Positions 9,279 to 19,332 of a stretch of DNA of 64,000 nucleotides are shown one piece after another; the first letter of the stretch is position 1; every line of letters begins with the position of its first letter. Both the position numbers and the translations under genes were made by a program. Source of the DNA: a virus; the IMG/VR virus record IMGVR_UViG_3300043411_001170, positions 64,001 to 128,000 of that record; one strand, written 5' to 3'. The notes under the pieces were generated by a model that worked only from the letters and a program-made list of their open reading frames with translations, did no database searches and was not told the DNA's origin.

Positions 9279-10454
9279 ATGCCACCACCTCTAAAGGTAG
9301 ATCAAATATCTATAAGTCCTGCTGTTGGTGAAACTTTACTAATAGGGAAAGCCACGGGGGGTAATCTATTATTCTCAGATCAATCTATTCTTTCAGGGAT
9401 TACTTTAAAATCTTTGTCTGGATTAAATTTAACTAATCTAATTACAGTAGGTGTGGGTTCAGGATCTAATTATACAACAATCCAAGCAGCTATAAATGCT
9501 GCACCTACAACGTCTACGGCCACAAATCCAACTCTTATCTGTATTTATTCTGGAACATACAACGAAATTTTAACCGTAGATAAAAATGGACTTGTTTTTG
9601 TCGGGATTGGGAGAGTAGTTATTAACGCTCCTTCTGATTCAGATACTATTTTGATTGAAGAGGGAGTATCTACGGTTCCTTTATTCTGTCATTTTGAAAA
9701 TATTATTTTTGCAAATTCATATGATGCAAGATCTTGTTTTAAGATTTTAGGGGTAGATGGTACAACATTAGGACAAGATATAATTACACTGTCTAATTGT
9801 TATTTTTTGGCAACAGGATTAGGAACTTATTGTCTTAATGCTTCTATCTTAAATTCTTTGAGACTTTTAAATTGTGACTGTTCTGGTAGTATTGTATCTA
9901 CCTCCATATTTATAAGTCAATGTGCTATGTTGGAGGTAATTGGATTATTAAGTGGAACTGATATAGCTCTTAGCTATAATAATACCTCTGATATTCCATC
10001 AATAATTACGTCAACGTATTCTCTATTGGATAGTAGATTCAATAATTTAACTTGTGTTCTTATAGGAGAAGGATTACTATATATGGAAAAACTAGTTACT
10101 AATAATGTGATCTTTGATGGAAATAGAGCATATACACTAATTGACTGTTATGGTGTATTATTACAGCCTAATGGGACAGTGACTGTAAACAGTAAAGGGA
10201 GTTCCTATACACTTAATAATGGAACACCTACAGCTACAGTTGATATTGATAATATTCAAGGATCGGTTTCATTTACCGCAGAGACAACAAAAATTGTAAG
10301 TTTTGAAGTTCCTACATCGAATACTGATTATATGGTTTTAACTTCACATCCTTTTGTCGGAGAAAAAGAAGGTGTCGTTAAAACAGTAAATGGTTTTACG
10401 GTTGAATTTTCTTCAAATCAAACTGGAACTGTTGACTATTTAGTTCGTAGATAA
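9279..10454 (+). CDS. Putative fibre/spike protein with a pectin-lyase-like beta-helix
   Basis: VGVGSGSNYTTIQAAINAA...IYSGTYNE beta-helix cap; same C-terminal domain as 8828-9259. Confidence 0.65.
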   Translation: MPPPLKVDQISISPAVGETLLIGKATGGNLLFSDQSILSGITLKSLSGLNLTNLITVGVGSGSNYTTIQAAINAAPTTSTATNPTLICIYSGTYNEILTVDKNGLVFVGIGRVVINAPSDSDTILIEEGVSTVPLFCHFENIIFANSYDARSCFKILGVDGTTLGQDIITLSNCYFLATGLGTYCLNASILNSLRLLNCDCSGSIVSTSIFISQCAMLEVIGLLSGTDIALSYNNTSDIPSIITSTYSLLDSRFNNLTCVLIGEGLLYMEKLVTNNVIFDGNRAYTLIDCYGVLLQPNGTVTVNSKGSSYTLNNGTPTATVDIDNIQGSVSFTAETTKIVSFEVPTSNTDYMVLTSHPFVGEKEGVVKTVNGFTVEFSSNQTGTVDYLVRR

Positions 10455-10477
10455 ATATAAAAATAATTAAATATATG

Positions 10478-10505
10478 ATCCCCTGATATTATCAGGGGAT
10501 TTTTT
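10478..10505 (+). terminator. Intrinsic terminator
   Basis: ATCCCCTGAT-att-ATCAGGGGAT-TTTTT. Confidence 0.85.
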
Positions 10506-10512
10506 CTATGAG

Positions 10513-11178
10513 GTGATAAAAATGGCTTTTGATATGAGTAAAATGAGTTTAGATGACGGTGCGATGGATGTATATTTTGATCCCAAAAATTATAAAGTAA
10601 ATGAGAACACAGCAGTATCGGATTTTTTCTATTCAGATCAATTTAAAAATGGCGATAAAGTAAGATATCTAGGAGGCATGGAAGGGAAGATATTATTAGG
10701 TCGTGATGAGCCTCAAGAAGGAGAAGTAGGGGTTATAATGAAAGTAAGAACTTCCTTGGGAAATGTTACACATTTCGCTGGTAAATTATTCGTATTTTGG
10801 GATTCGATGGATAAAATTGTACCTGTTCCACATGAGTTATTGGAAAATGCAGGTGAAGATATTGACGATGCCGATATGCAGTATGATGGCCCAATCTCTA
10901 TTGGACCTATATCGAAACAAGCGTTTTACTATTCTTCATCTGTAGAAGATCTGAGGAAACATTTTGTTGTTAAAGGCCCAACATCAAATCCTGATGAAGC
11001 TGAACTCATACATAAGTCGTCTCAAGAATTGTGGAGCCTAGAAAAATCTGGTTCTGGTTTTAAAATCCAAAGATTATTTAATCCGAATGGTGCCCCTATC
11101 AAAGAATATCAAACAAAAAAGACGGATAAGAAGCAGGCTCCTGGTAAGTCTGCAATCCGCAGAACTAAAAAGAAGTAA
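10513..11178 (+). CDS. Hypothetical virion-associated protein (SH3-like segment)
   Basis: FKNGDKVRY...GEVGVI...VFWD; carries KMA and KQA motifs. Confidence 0.6.
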   Translation: MIKMAFDMSKMSLDDGAMDVYFDPKNYKVNENTAVSDFFYSDQFKNGDKVRYLGGMEGKILLGRDEPQEGEVGVIMKVRTSLGNVTHFAGKLFVFWDSMDKIVPVPHELLENAGEDIDDADMQYDGPISIGPISKQAFYYSSSVEDLRKHFVVKGPTSNPDEAELIHKSSQELWSLEKSGSGFKIQRLFNPNGAPIKEYQTKKTDKKQAPGKSAIRRTKKK

Positions 11179-11255
11179 ATTATTAAATAATTTTTAACAA
11201 GTAGGTAAATCATTTTTTATGTATTTTCTTTTTAAGCGGGTTAGAGGATCTAAAA

Positions 11256-12749
11256 ATGTCTATAAAGTCAGATCCATTTTTAAATGATCTTATTCTTGCA
11301 TTTGCAAGAAGTGGGATGGCTGATCAAGATACACCTATTCAGAAGACGGCAGGTGAAGTTAGGTTTATTAAGGAAAATGCGAATGAGATGGGGTTATGGG
11401 CATATGGTAACTCTGCCCCGGCCAACCGTGAATTAACTCCTAAATTCGATTTTCAAGCTAAAAATCTAAAGCCCCTTGTCGAATGTCTTAAGTACTCTAC
11501 AGCAGCATTAAGTTATGCTATGGTTGCTTACGATATTTTTACTAAAATCCCAAGTTCATCTGTATCCCCCGATGGCCGCTTAGGTGGTAAGGGATATATT
11601 ATGAAAATACAGGATATTAGAAAAAACTTCATGAATATTGTAGAAGCATTGTCTTCTATGAGTGACACTATCTATGATGAGCTTCAAGCTCCCCATTGGG
11701 CAGCACAAACAAGAGAAATGGAGCCTGAATTAAAAGAAGAATTAAATGATGCTCTTGAGGAAACAGAGAAGATTCGGACAGATCCTGAAAATTGGGCATT
11801 GTCTCAGTTTGATTCTCTCGACGCTTCTCCTGCTATCTCTAAATCTGTAGATGGGTCGGATGACAAAATTGACAAGGCTCCATTAGTTATGGATGTACCT
11901 AAACCAGAAATTGTAGATCCAAGAGTAAAGAAAAGACCAGTATCCTCGTTAGATTCCGATACAGAAAATGATTTGAATGAATTGGACGCCCTAACCTCTC
12001 CCAGCCAGAAGAGTACGAATACTGAAGAATCTGAGTGGGTTGGTGATATGGCGGAAGACATAACCGCACCTATTAAGAGAAATGATGAAATTAAAGCGAT
12101 TAAAAAACAAACTCCTAAATTACCTCCTAAGCCAGTAACTCCTCCAGAGACTAAGAAAGAGCCAGAGAAGAAAGAGGTAGTGAAGCCAGAACCTGTAAAG
12201 AAAGAACCTATAAAAAAAGACGTTCCAAAACCTAAACCTGAGAAAAAAGAAGATAAATTAATTGCAAAGAAGCCCCCAGAACTACCAGAAGAACCTAAAG
12301 CTCAAGACACAGTAGAAGACGATGACTGGTTAGAAGACGCTAAAAAACCAGTAAAACCTCCTGTCAAAAAGGGTCCACCAAAGCCATCTGCAAGTACCTT
12401 TGATGATTTTCTTGAATTAGACACGCCAAAGAAAAAGACGGCTCCTGTTGTACAAGATAATTCAGAAGATGACGACTGGTTGGATGATACAACGGATATT
12501 AATCCGAAAAAGAACGTGACTATGGATAACCAAGATGAGCAGGATATATTTTCAGAAGAACCAGAGGAACAGCTAAATGAAGATGACTGGATTAATTCTG
12601 TTCCAGAAGAAGATAAGGAAGTGGAAGATGAAGAAACTGATTGGTTAACTTCTGTCGTTCCAGAACCTCCAAAACCTTCTCCCTCACCAACACAAAAGAC
12701 TGCTGGGAGAAATGATGATTGGAAAAAATACACAACATTAAAATTATAA
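11256..12749 (+). CDS. Putative internal head protein; folded N-domain and Pro/Lys/acidic disordered C-region
   Basis: 497 aa; QKTAG near both ends; repeated acidic-Trp motifs (EDDDW). Confidence 0.65.
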   Translation: MSIKSDPFLNDLILAFARSGMADQDTPIQKTAGEVRFIKENANEMGLWAYGNSAPANRELTPKFDFQAKNLKPLVECLKYSTAALSYAMVAYDIFTKIPSSSVSPDGRLGGKGYIMKIQDIRKNFMNIVEALSSMSDTIYDELQAPHWAAQTREMEPELKEELNDALEETEKIRTDPENWALSQFDSLDASPAISKSVDGSDDKIDKAPLVMDVPKPEIVDPRVKKRPVSSLDSDTENDLNELDALTSPSQKSTNTEESEWVGDMAEDITAPIKRNDEIKAIKKQTPKLPPKPVTPPETKKEPEKKEVVKPEPVKKEPIKKDVPKPKPEKKEDKLIAKKPPELPEEPKAQDTVEDDDWLEDAKKPVKPPVKKGPPKPSASTFDDFLELDTPKKKTAPVVQDNSEDDDWLDDTTDINPKKNVTMDNQDEQDIFSEEPEEQLNEDDWINSVPEEDKEVEDEETDWLTSVVPEPPKPSPSPTQKTAGRNDDWKKYTTLKL

Positions 12750-12764
12750 TTATAGAGGAACGAC

Positions 12765-15368
12765 ATGGCTAAAACACCAAAAAACCCATATTCATTTGAT
12801 GGTTTCGATATAGAATCTCTTGAATCTCCTACTCAAGAGAAAGTAGGAAATTTCACATTTAATAGTCCACAACAAACGGATTACCCGCAATTATATGAGC
12901 TAATAGATGACACCGGGGAAAGTCCAAAATTTAACATTGACGAAGCATTTGATGACGGAATAAACCTTAATGCTTTTTTGGAAGAACCAAAAGAAACGGT
13001 TAATGATTTAAGATGGCTTACTCATCCAGACGTAAAAGAGATACCCACAGAAACTGCCCATATACGAGATGAACTACATCGACAATGGGTAGATAAAAAA
13101 CCTTATAAACGTTTAGATTATTCGGAGCACCATAAAGAATCTCCAAAACCTGAGTTGCCTAAGCTTTCTTTAAGAACGGTATTACAAAAAGCCGTTAGAA
13201 TGGCATCTGATGGGATTCCTCATAGTGTTATTTATGAATACTTAAATCCTATTTCTTCGATGGATGCCGTTCAAAAAACTATATCTATCATAAATCGAGA
13301 AAAGGATGTGTTAGGAAGATTGTTCATCAGAGCTAGTGTTTACCCTGGATGCCATAAAGGTGAATGGAAAGATAAAGTAAGGTCGTGCAATAATTCGGCA
13401 CGCTATATTATTTCTGCAAAGAAATGCAGGGGTTGCTATCAAAATAGAGGTGGAAGGTGCGACATATTTAAAAAAGAAATTGTTGATCTCTTGCCTTGGT
13501 CAAAAGCTCTTGCATGGTATCAACCTATATTTGAAGAACATGGAATTAATGCTGTAGGTAATACAGTAGAGGAAAAAGTTATTTCCATGTTTAGGGCGGT
13601 TCCATCCACGCCAAAAACACCTGAAAATTATTTCCCTGTAGATTACCTTCCTACAGTCCCATTAGAGCAAGCTGTAGATGAAATTGTTTCTTATAAAGAT
13701 AAAAGAAAAGTTATAGACATTTCATATAGAAACGAAATGAAGGAATATGAAAATGCAGTAAGTTATTTAGATAACTTAAAAAGATGTATGCTTATTACTC
13801 CAAAAGACTACGAAAACATTTTGCGTTCAACTGATAGTCCTATTACTATTATGTTGAAAGCCAGAGACGTTTTATTAAAGACCAAGGAAGTCGGTCTATA
13901 TAGTGGACCTGGAATGGATGTCTTACTAAATCAATTTGGAGACGTAAGTGAAGAAGAAATGTTAGCGTACCTTGCTAACATTGATAATAAGCAAATTATA
14001 TTAGACAATAGCCATAAAATCATACAAGAGAATAAAAGAAGGGCTGTAGATCAAATTAATAAATGGGTTCAGAATAGAATGCTCACCCCAGAGCAAGGAA
14101 AGTCAATACTTGCATTAGATTTATCACCTACGGATATCATCTTACTAGGAAAAAATACAATACTAAGTAAGGGAGATACTCCTACTTATTATGGTTATGG
14201 GACGGACAAAGTTATAAATCCCGATAAAGTCGTGTCTTTGGATGACGCTTGGAGGGATATTGCTAATTTCAAGAATACACAGCAAGTAATTGATCTATCG
14301 TATAGAAATAAAGTAAGAGAAGAGTCTGAGATAAAAGAAAATCTACAAAGATGGATGCAGACAGGATTACTTAGTAAATTGGCGTTTGATTTCCTTTCTG
14401 ACAATATTGGGAAAAGGCCAAAACATGAGATCCTATCTAAAGCTGCTAAAATTATCCAAGGTAATGTGGTTAAAGTAAGAGATTACCAAGGTCCAGGTGT
14501 TGATCACGAAGTAAAGAAGGTTGCTTCTTCTAAAGAAATTGCTCAAGAATTGAAAAATATGGAAATTCAGAGCAAAAAGGAAGAACAGAGGTTTTCTAAA
14601 CTTATACAAGATAGAAAAAGATCTGGTCTGTTAAAATATATCGGGGATATGAAAAATAAAGGCATTTTGAAAGAGGCTTCTGCGGAAAAACTGTCTCAGT
14701 TATGTACGGTCACAAATGATTTAAAGAAAGCTTTTGATTTATCCATGTCTTTAATACGAATGGAAATGAATGGTCCTCATAGACCAGAAATGAAAGAGAT
14801 AACAAAAGAAGCTTACGATGGAGAGGGAATAGGTGCAGTTCCTCAATTAGATATGACGTTAGAAGATGCTGTGAATGAAGTTGAATATGCCGAAGAACTT
14901 CCAGGATTTAGTTTGCCAGAAATAGCTAAGGCGGGAGATAAGATCACCGATTTGATGAATAAAGGCTTATCAGGTAAAGCTCTTGCAGATGCGATAGGAC
15001 AAGCAGGTTTAGACCAAATTGTCGATTATGTCCCAATTTTATCTGCAAATTTACAAATGAATGATGGCGTCATAGGTGTTTTATTTTTAGATCCTGAAAT
15101 ATATTTTACTCAGAATCTAGATGGGTGTAAAGCAGCAGCTAAGAAATTAAAAAAATCACCTGTACAAAATATCTTGGAAAAGCCAAAATGCGTTAAGTGT
15201 ACTCAGAACAGGGGCGATTTTTGTAACGTTTACGGAAGAAAATTGGTTAAACCCGATTTTGAAGAAATTCTGAGATCCCGTAGTAAAAAATCCCCAGAGA
15301 AGCTAGTACCTTATGTGGCTGAATTAGATCCCTCTTTAGTTGATGACTGGAACACTGACTTAGATTAA
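12765..15368 (+). CDS. Large repeat protein with two Cys-rich domains; putative internal virion protein
   Basis: 867 aa; KCRGCYQNRGGRC and KCVKCTQNRGDFC duplicated domains flank ~100-aa repeats with Y.G.G. Confidence 0.7.
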   Translation: MAKTPKNPYSFDGFDIESLESPTQEKVGNFTFNSPQQTDYPQLYELIDDTGESPKFNIDEAFDDGINLNAFLEEPKETVNDLRWLTHPDVKEIPTETAHIRDELHRQWVDKKPYKRLDYSEHHKESPKPELPKLSLRTVLQKAVRMASDGIPHSVIYEYLNPISSMDAVQKTISIINREKDVLGRLFIRASVYPGCHKGEWKDKVRSCNNSARYIISAKKCRGCYQNRGGRCDIFKKEIVDLLPWSKALAWYQPIFEEHGINAVGNTVEEKVISMFRAVPSTPKTPENYFPVDYLPTVPLEQAVDEIVSYKDKRKVIDISYRNEMKEYENAVSYLDNLKRCMLITPKDYENILRSTDSPITIMLKARDVLLKTKEVGLYSGPGMDVLLNQFGDVSEEEMLAYLANIDNKQIILDNSHKIIQENKRRAVDQINKWVQNRMLTPEQGKSILALDLSPTDIILLGKNTILSKGDTPTYYGYGTDKVINPDKVVSLDDAWRDIANFKNTQQVIDLSYRNKVREESEIKENLQRWMQTGLLSKLAFDFLSDNIGKRPKHEILSKAAKIIQGNVVKVRDYQGPGVDHEVKKVASSKEIAQELKNMEIQSKKEEQRFSKLIQDRKRSGLLKYIGDMKNKGILKEASAEKLSQLCTVTNDLKKAFDLSMSLIRMEMNGPHRPEMKEITKEAYDGEGIGAVPQLDMTLEDAVNEVEYAEELPGFSLPEIAKAGDKITDLMNKGLSGKALADAIGQAGLDQIVDYVPILSANLQMNDGVIGVLFLDPEIYFTQNLDGCKAAAKKLKKSPVQNILEKPKCVKCTQNRGDFCNVYGRKLVKPDFEEILRSRSKKSPEKLVPYVAELDPSLVDDWNTDLD

Positions 15369-15395
15369 ATTTTACACCTAAATACACCTAAATAA

Positions 15396-17615
15396 TTGAG
15401 GCTAGTTTTTGATATGTCTAATCTTAAAGCAAAATATAGAAAGTTGATTCAACGTTTAGCTAAGGACGATGCCCCTAGTATAGATGAATTGACTAATCTA
15501 GCGAATAGTAAAAAGAAAAATACTCCTAAACCTCCTCCTGTTCCAGCACCAAAAGCTAAAACAGAGACTAAACCAGAGGCTAAAAAGCCACCTCCTATTC
15601 CAGAAGCAGCTAAGAAAAAACCTAAAAATCTTGACGACGTAAAAAGTATTAGTCTTTTTGAGGGATTACATCAAGAAAACGTACTTTTACGTTCTATTCA
15701 GGCAGACAATAAGTTTCCATTAGTTCCTGCTGAATATATTATATGGAGAATGATTCCGACAGAGAAATTTTTTGGTGGTTTAGCTGTTGCTCCCCATAAT
15801 AAAGAGGGAAAATCTTGGAGGGATTTACATACCCCAACGGGAATATATGTTCCTGAAGTAAAAAATATCAGAATGAAGAAATTTAAAAAGGCATGGGATA
15901 AATTACCTGACAGTGTCCAGTATCAATCCGTAAAAAAGATTATCATTAATAATGCGAAAACTTTTCAAAAATCTAAAGATATCCTAAAGAACTATATTAA
16001 TTCAAATTTAGGTGATGCTTTAAATGTGGAAAGTGCCTTTGTCGTTATGGATAAAAATCCTACAAAGTACGGTAAATTATCAGCAGCTTTGAAGCTGATG
16101 AATACTCCTGAGTTCATTGCTAATAAGTTGCTACCTGGAATCTCTAAAAAGAAAGATATTCCTACGAGTATTAATGAACTGATCTCTGCTAATTCTGACG
16201 TAGCTGAACAGTATGAATTATTAAAGAAGGCGAACCCGGTCTATGCCGAAGCTGTTATAAATAATCTTGTTAATGAAACAACGAAACAATTACAGAATAA
16301 AGAAAATGTAGATGCTCCCGAAGAACTTCCTCCAGTTGCTCCAAGTAAATCAGAGACTGATAGAGCTTTAGAGGAATCAAAACCTCCTGCACCTAAGTCT
16401 AAACCAGAGTTACCCCTAGCTGCACGGCCATTTTCTGACTTTGAAGCTGAATTTTCGGCCATTGTAACTAGAAAGAAAGCCAAATTAAAAGATGTAGATA
16501 CCATTGTAAATAACATCTTGAATGTCAAGGATGAGTATAGACAGTTAAATCCCAGAACAGCAGAGATGCTTAGACGTAAGCTAACAGATCACTTAAAGAA
16601 AGTATATATTACTAAGCATGCTTGGAATGTGATGTCTTCCAATAATCCGAATATGAAAGTAGATGTGGATGAAAGAATAAACTTGTCCAACACCCAAGGA
16701 CAACAACAAGCCTTGAGTATGGTTACTGGACCTATGACTCCAAATCAACAGGCTATCACAGGTGAATCGGTTATTAAAGTTCTTGGAAATTCGGCAGCAA
16801 TTAAAAACGCAATTAAAGATGCCATAAATCAACAAGATCAGAATAATCAAGATGCAGTTGCAGATGCTTTGAATCCTAGTACCTCTTTCTGCTCTGCATT
16901 CCAAAATGTAATGACAGATCCTCACCCTGATTTATCTAGAGTGGCTGTAAATGTTGATCCTAGTATACTATATAATTTGGCGTCGATCCCACAACCCACA
17001 ACAGTTAATTCCAATACTCTATTGCTTCCTAAAAATGAGCCTCCAGATCCAGGAGCTATTGCTATTCCTGCAAACCAACTACCTCAAATGGTTGGAAATC
17101 CAATGGCCTTGTTATCGATGCCTCCTCAAGGAATGCAAGGAATGATGCAGATGATGGCTTTAAATCAAGCTATGGGATCTGTTAATAGACAACAGGCATA
17201 TCAAAATAATTTAGCTAGTATGACACAACAAATTGAAGCCTTTAAAACAATGATGGAAACTTTAAAGGCAACTGTTGCCCCAATTTGGGGAGATGAGATA
17301 ACCAGAAGATTTGAACATGAAGCATATAATACATTCCTAAATAAATTTATGGAAATGTTTATGATGCAGGCTATTTCAAATCAATTTGGAATCCCAATGG
17401 AAAATATGAGCATCTTTACTCAACAACAAATGGCACAAATGTCAAATCCACAAGAGGGGGCAGCATTTGTAGAAAATCCACAAGGTGTGAGTAAGGTTGC
17501 TAAAAATCTAAATCCTATGCAGAAATTCGCTGTTTCTCTGGTCAAAGAATTGACCATGCCTACTAAAGCATCCATTGTCGGTCTAGCCCAAATTGTTGTA
17601 ACAACTGCTAAATAA
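15396..17615 (+). CDS. Putative internal/ejection protein with Q/M-rich low-complexity C-terminus
   Basis: 739 aa; likely start ATG 15414; Pro-rich N-region; MPPQGMQGMMQMM segment. Confidence 0.65.
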   Translation: MRLVFDMSNLKAKYRKLIQRLAKDDAPSIDELTNLANSKKKNTPKPPPVPAPKAKTETKPEAKKPPPIPEAAKKKPKNLDDVKSISLFEGLHQENVLLRSIQADNKFPLVPAEYIIWRMIPTEKFFGGLAVAPHNKEGKSWRDLHTPTGIYVPEVKNIRMKKFKKAWDKLPDSVQYQSVKKIIINNAKTFQKSKDILKNYINSNLGDALNVESAFVVMDKNPTKYGKLSAALKLMNTPEFIANKLLPGISKKKDIPTSINELISANSDVAEQYELLKKANPVYAEAVINNLVNETTKQLQNKENVDAPEELPPVAPSKSETDRALEESKPPAPKSKPELPLAARPFSDFEAEFSAIVTRKKAKLKDVDTIVNNILNVKDEYRQLNPRTAEMLRRKLTDHLKKVYITKHAWNVMSSNNPNMKVDVDERINLSNTQGQQQALSMVTGPMTPNQQAITGESVIKVLGNSAAIKNAIKDAINQQDQNNQDAVADALNPSTSFCSAFQNVMTDPHPDLSRVAVNVDPSILYNLASIPQPTTVNSNTLLLPKNEPPDPGAIAIPANQLPQMVGNPMALLSMPPQGMQGMMQMMALNQAMGSVNRQQAYQNNLASMTQQIEAFKTMMETLKATVAPIWGDEITRRFEHEAYNTFLNKFMEMFMMQAISNQFGIPMENMSIFTQQQMAQMSNPQEGAAFVENPQGVSKVAKNLNPMQKFAVSLVKELTMPTKASIVGLAQIVVTTAK

Positions 17616-17630
17616 ATTAGAGGTAAATAA

Positions 17631-18035
17631 ATGTCGAATTTAAAATTGGCTCATGCAATAATTAAATTAGCTCAGAAGATATTAGATAATAAACCCCCTA
17701 CAGAATTGGAATTACAGGTAGCCAAGGAAATAAAGAATCTTACTCGTAGCATGTTCTATAAAGATAACATGGTGCAGACTGACGTTGATTTTAATGAAAA
17801 TATGTATTATGTCAGATTTACCCTGCGAGAACTGTGGAATGGAGATATATTTGCTTTCTACGAATTTTCAGATCCAGACTATCCTAGAGAATGGACCCTA
17901 AAATTCGATACAAAGCCATACAAAGGAAATCCTAAAAAGATAGCTGAATCTTTGATCTCCGAAGTAAAGAAAAAATCTAAGAATATTTTAAGTAATGTTA
18001 CAGAAGATAACGGATTTTCTCAGAAACATGTTTAA
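17631..18035 (+). CDS. Hypothetical protein
   Basis: 134 aa, GAGGT RBS, N-terminal KLAH/KLAQ. Confidence 0.65.
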   Translation: MSNLKLAHAIIKLAQKILDNKPPTELELQVAKEIKNLTRSMFYKDNMVQTDVDFNENMYYVRFTLRELWNGDIFAFYEFSDPDYPREWTLKFDTKPYKGNPKKIAESLISEVKKKSKNILSNVTEDNGFSQKHV

Positions 18036-18052
18036 TAATTTGAGGTAATCAT

Positions 18053-18793
18053 ATGACAGCAACATCCAAAGAGTTTTCAGATATAGCAACCTTAATTAAA
18101 TCTACGGATAGACCTCTAGGATTAGATGTATCGACACATCAGCCTAAAATAGATTGGAAAGCTGTCTATGATTTTGGAATAAAATGGGTCTATATAAAAT
18201 CTACAGAAGGCTCTTATCATAAGGACGAACAGTTTTTAAATCATTGGAAGGGTGCTAAAGACGCTGGGTTACTTACTAGCGCGTATCATTACGCTATATT
18301 ATTTTGGAAGGGAAAGGCATCTACACCTGAAAAAGAAGCTAAAAATCTGCTCTCTACGGTGCCTACTGATTATGATTTGCCTTTGGCATTAGACTTGGAA
18401 CCGAAAGAAGTAAAGCCGATAGTAGATGCTTTAGGAAAGAAAGCAGGTGCTGATTGGATAAAAAGATTTATTAAAGTCATAGAAGATGAGACAGGAAAAT
18501 CTCCATGTCTATATACCCATCATAGAATTATGGGAAGTGAAATGTTAGGAGATGAAGCTTTACAATTTAAAGCCTACTATACGTGGTGGGCATATTACGT
18601 TAGCTCTATGGAGTCTATTATTAAAGGAAACCATAAATTACCCCCAGGTTGGGGATGGAATATGTGGCAATGTACGTCTAATGGATCTATCCCAGGAATT
18701 TCCAGTAGAGTAGATATAAATATATTCAATGGATCACTATTAGAATTTGAAATGTGGTCTAAAACATGGGGTATTGCGACGAGCGTTCCCTAA
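18053..18793 (+). CDS. GH25 muramidase (endolysin/lysozyme)
   Basis: GLDVSTHQ..IDW, YIKSTEG, SAYHY, LDLE, WQCTS.G.IPGI..RVDINIF. Confidence 0.92.
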   Translation: MTATSKEFSDIATLIKSTDRPLGLDVSTHQPKIDWKAVYDFGIKWVYIKSTEGSYHKDEQFLNHWKGAKDAGLLTSAYHYAILFWKGKASTPEKEAKNLLSTVPTDYDLPLALDLEPKEVKPIVDALGKKAGADWIKRFIKVIEDETGKSPCLYTHHRIMGSEMLGDEALQFKAYYTWWAYYVSSMESIIKGNHKLPPGWGWNMWQCTSNGSIPGISSRVDINIFNGSLLEFEMWSKTWGIATSVP

Positions 18794-18808
18794 TTTAAGA
18801 GATTAAAG

Positions 18809-19315
18809 ATGCCAATACCATTAAAATTTTCTAATGTTTTTGATTCATTTAAAGATCTAGTAGTTCATCCAGACCCTGTTACTGGTAATCTCGTACCAAA
18901 ATTAGTAAATCAATCTTTATTAGTTTTACCTGATGAGTCGGGAGTAAACTGTTCAATAGGTTGGGACACTGATAGCACTTTAGTAAATTCTATGCTTGAT
19001 ATTACAGTTGCTAATAATGATTTTACAGCTAGAGCAGTATTATATTTACATACCTATAAGCTAATTAGTGGCTTAGATTGGGTAGTAGGTGGAGGTGTTA
19101 ATGCCAGTGCTACTAATTTAGCTGCTGCAATAAATAATCTAGATGGATTTTCTGCAACAGCGGCGGGAGCCGTCATAACTGTATTAGGTCCAAAAGGTGC
19201 AGCAGGATTTGGGATTCCATTCAAGTCGTCATATGACGGGGCTATTGTTAATTTCACTTTCTCTACCGAAAACTACCTGACGCATGCTACTATTACGAAG
19301 CCCTATATAGAATAA
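18809..19315 (+). CDS. Putative virion structural protein with a sheath-type beta module
   Basis: ATNLAAAINNLDGFSATAAGAVITV resembles the module in 44653-45678 and in the sheath. Confidence 0.55.
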   Translation: MPIPLKFSNVFDSFKDLVVHPDPVTGNLVPKLVNQSLLVLPDESGVNCSIGWDTDSTLVNSMLDITVANNDFTARAVLYLHTYKLISGLDWVVGGGVNASATNLAAAINNLDGFSATAAGAVITVLGPKGAAGFGIPFKSSYDGAIVNFTFSTENYLTHATITKPYIE

Positions 19316-19332
19316 TTGATAGAAAGGTAAAT

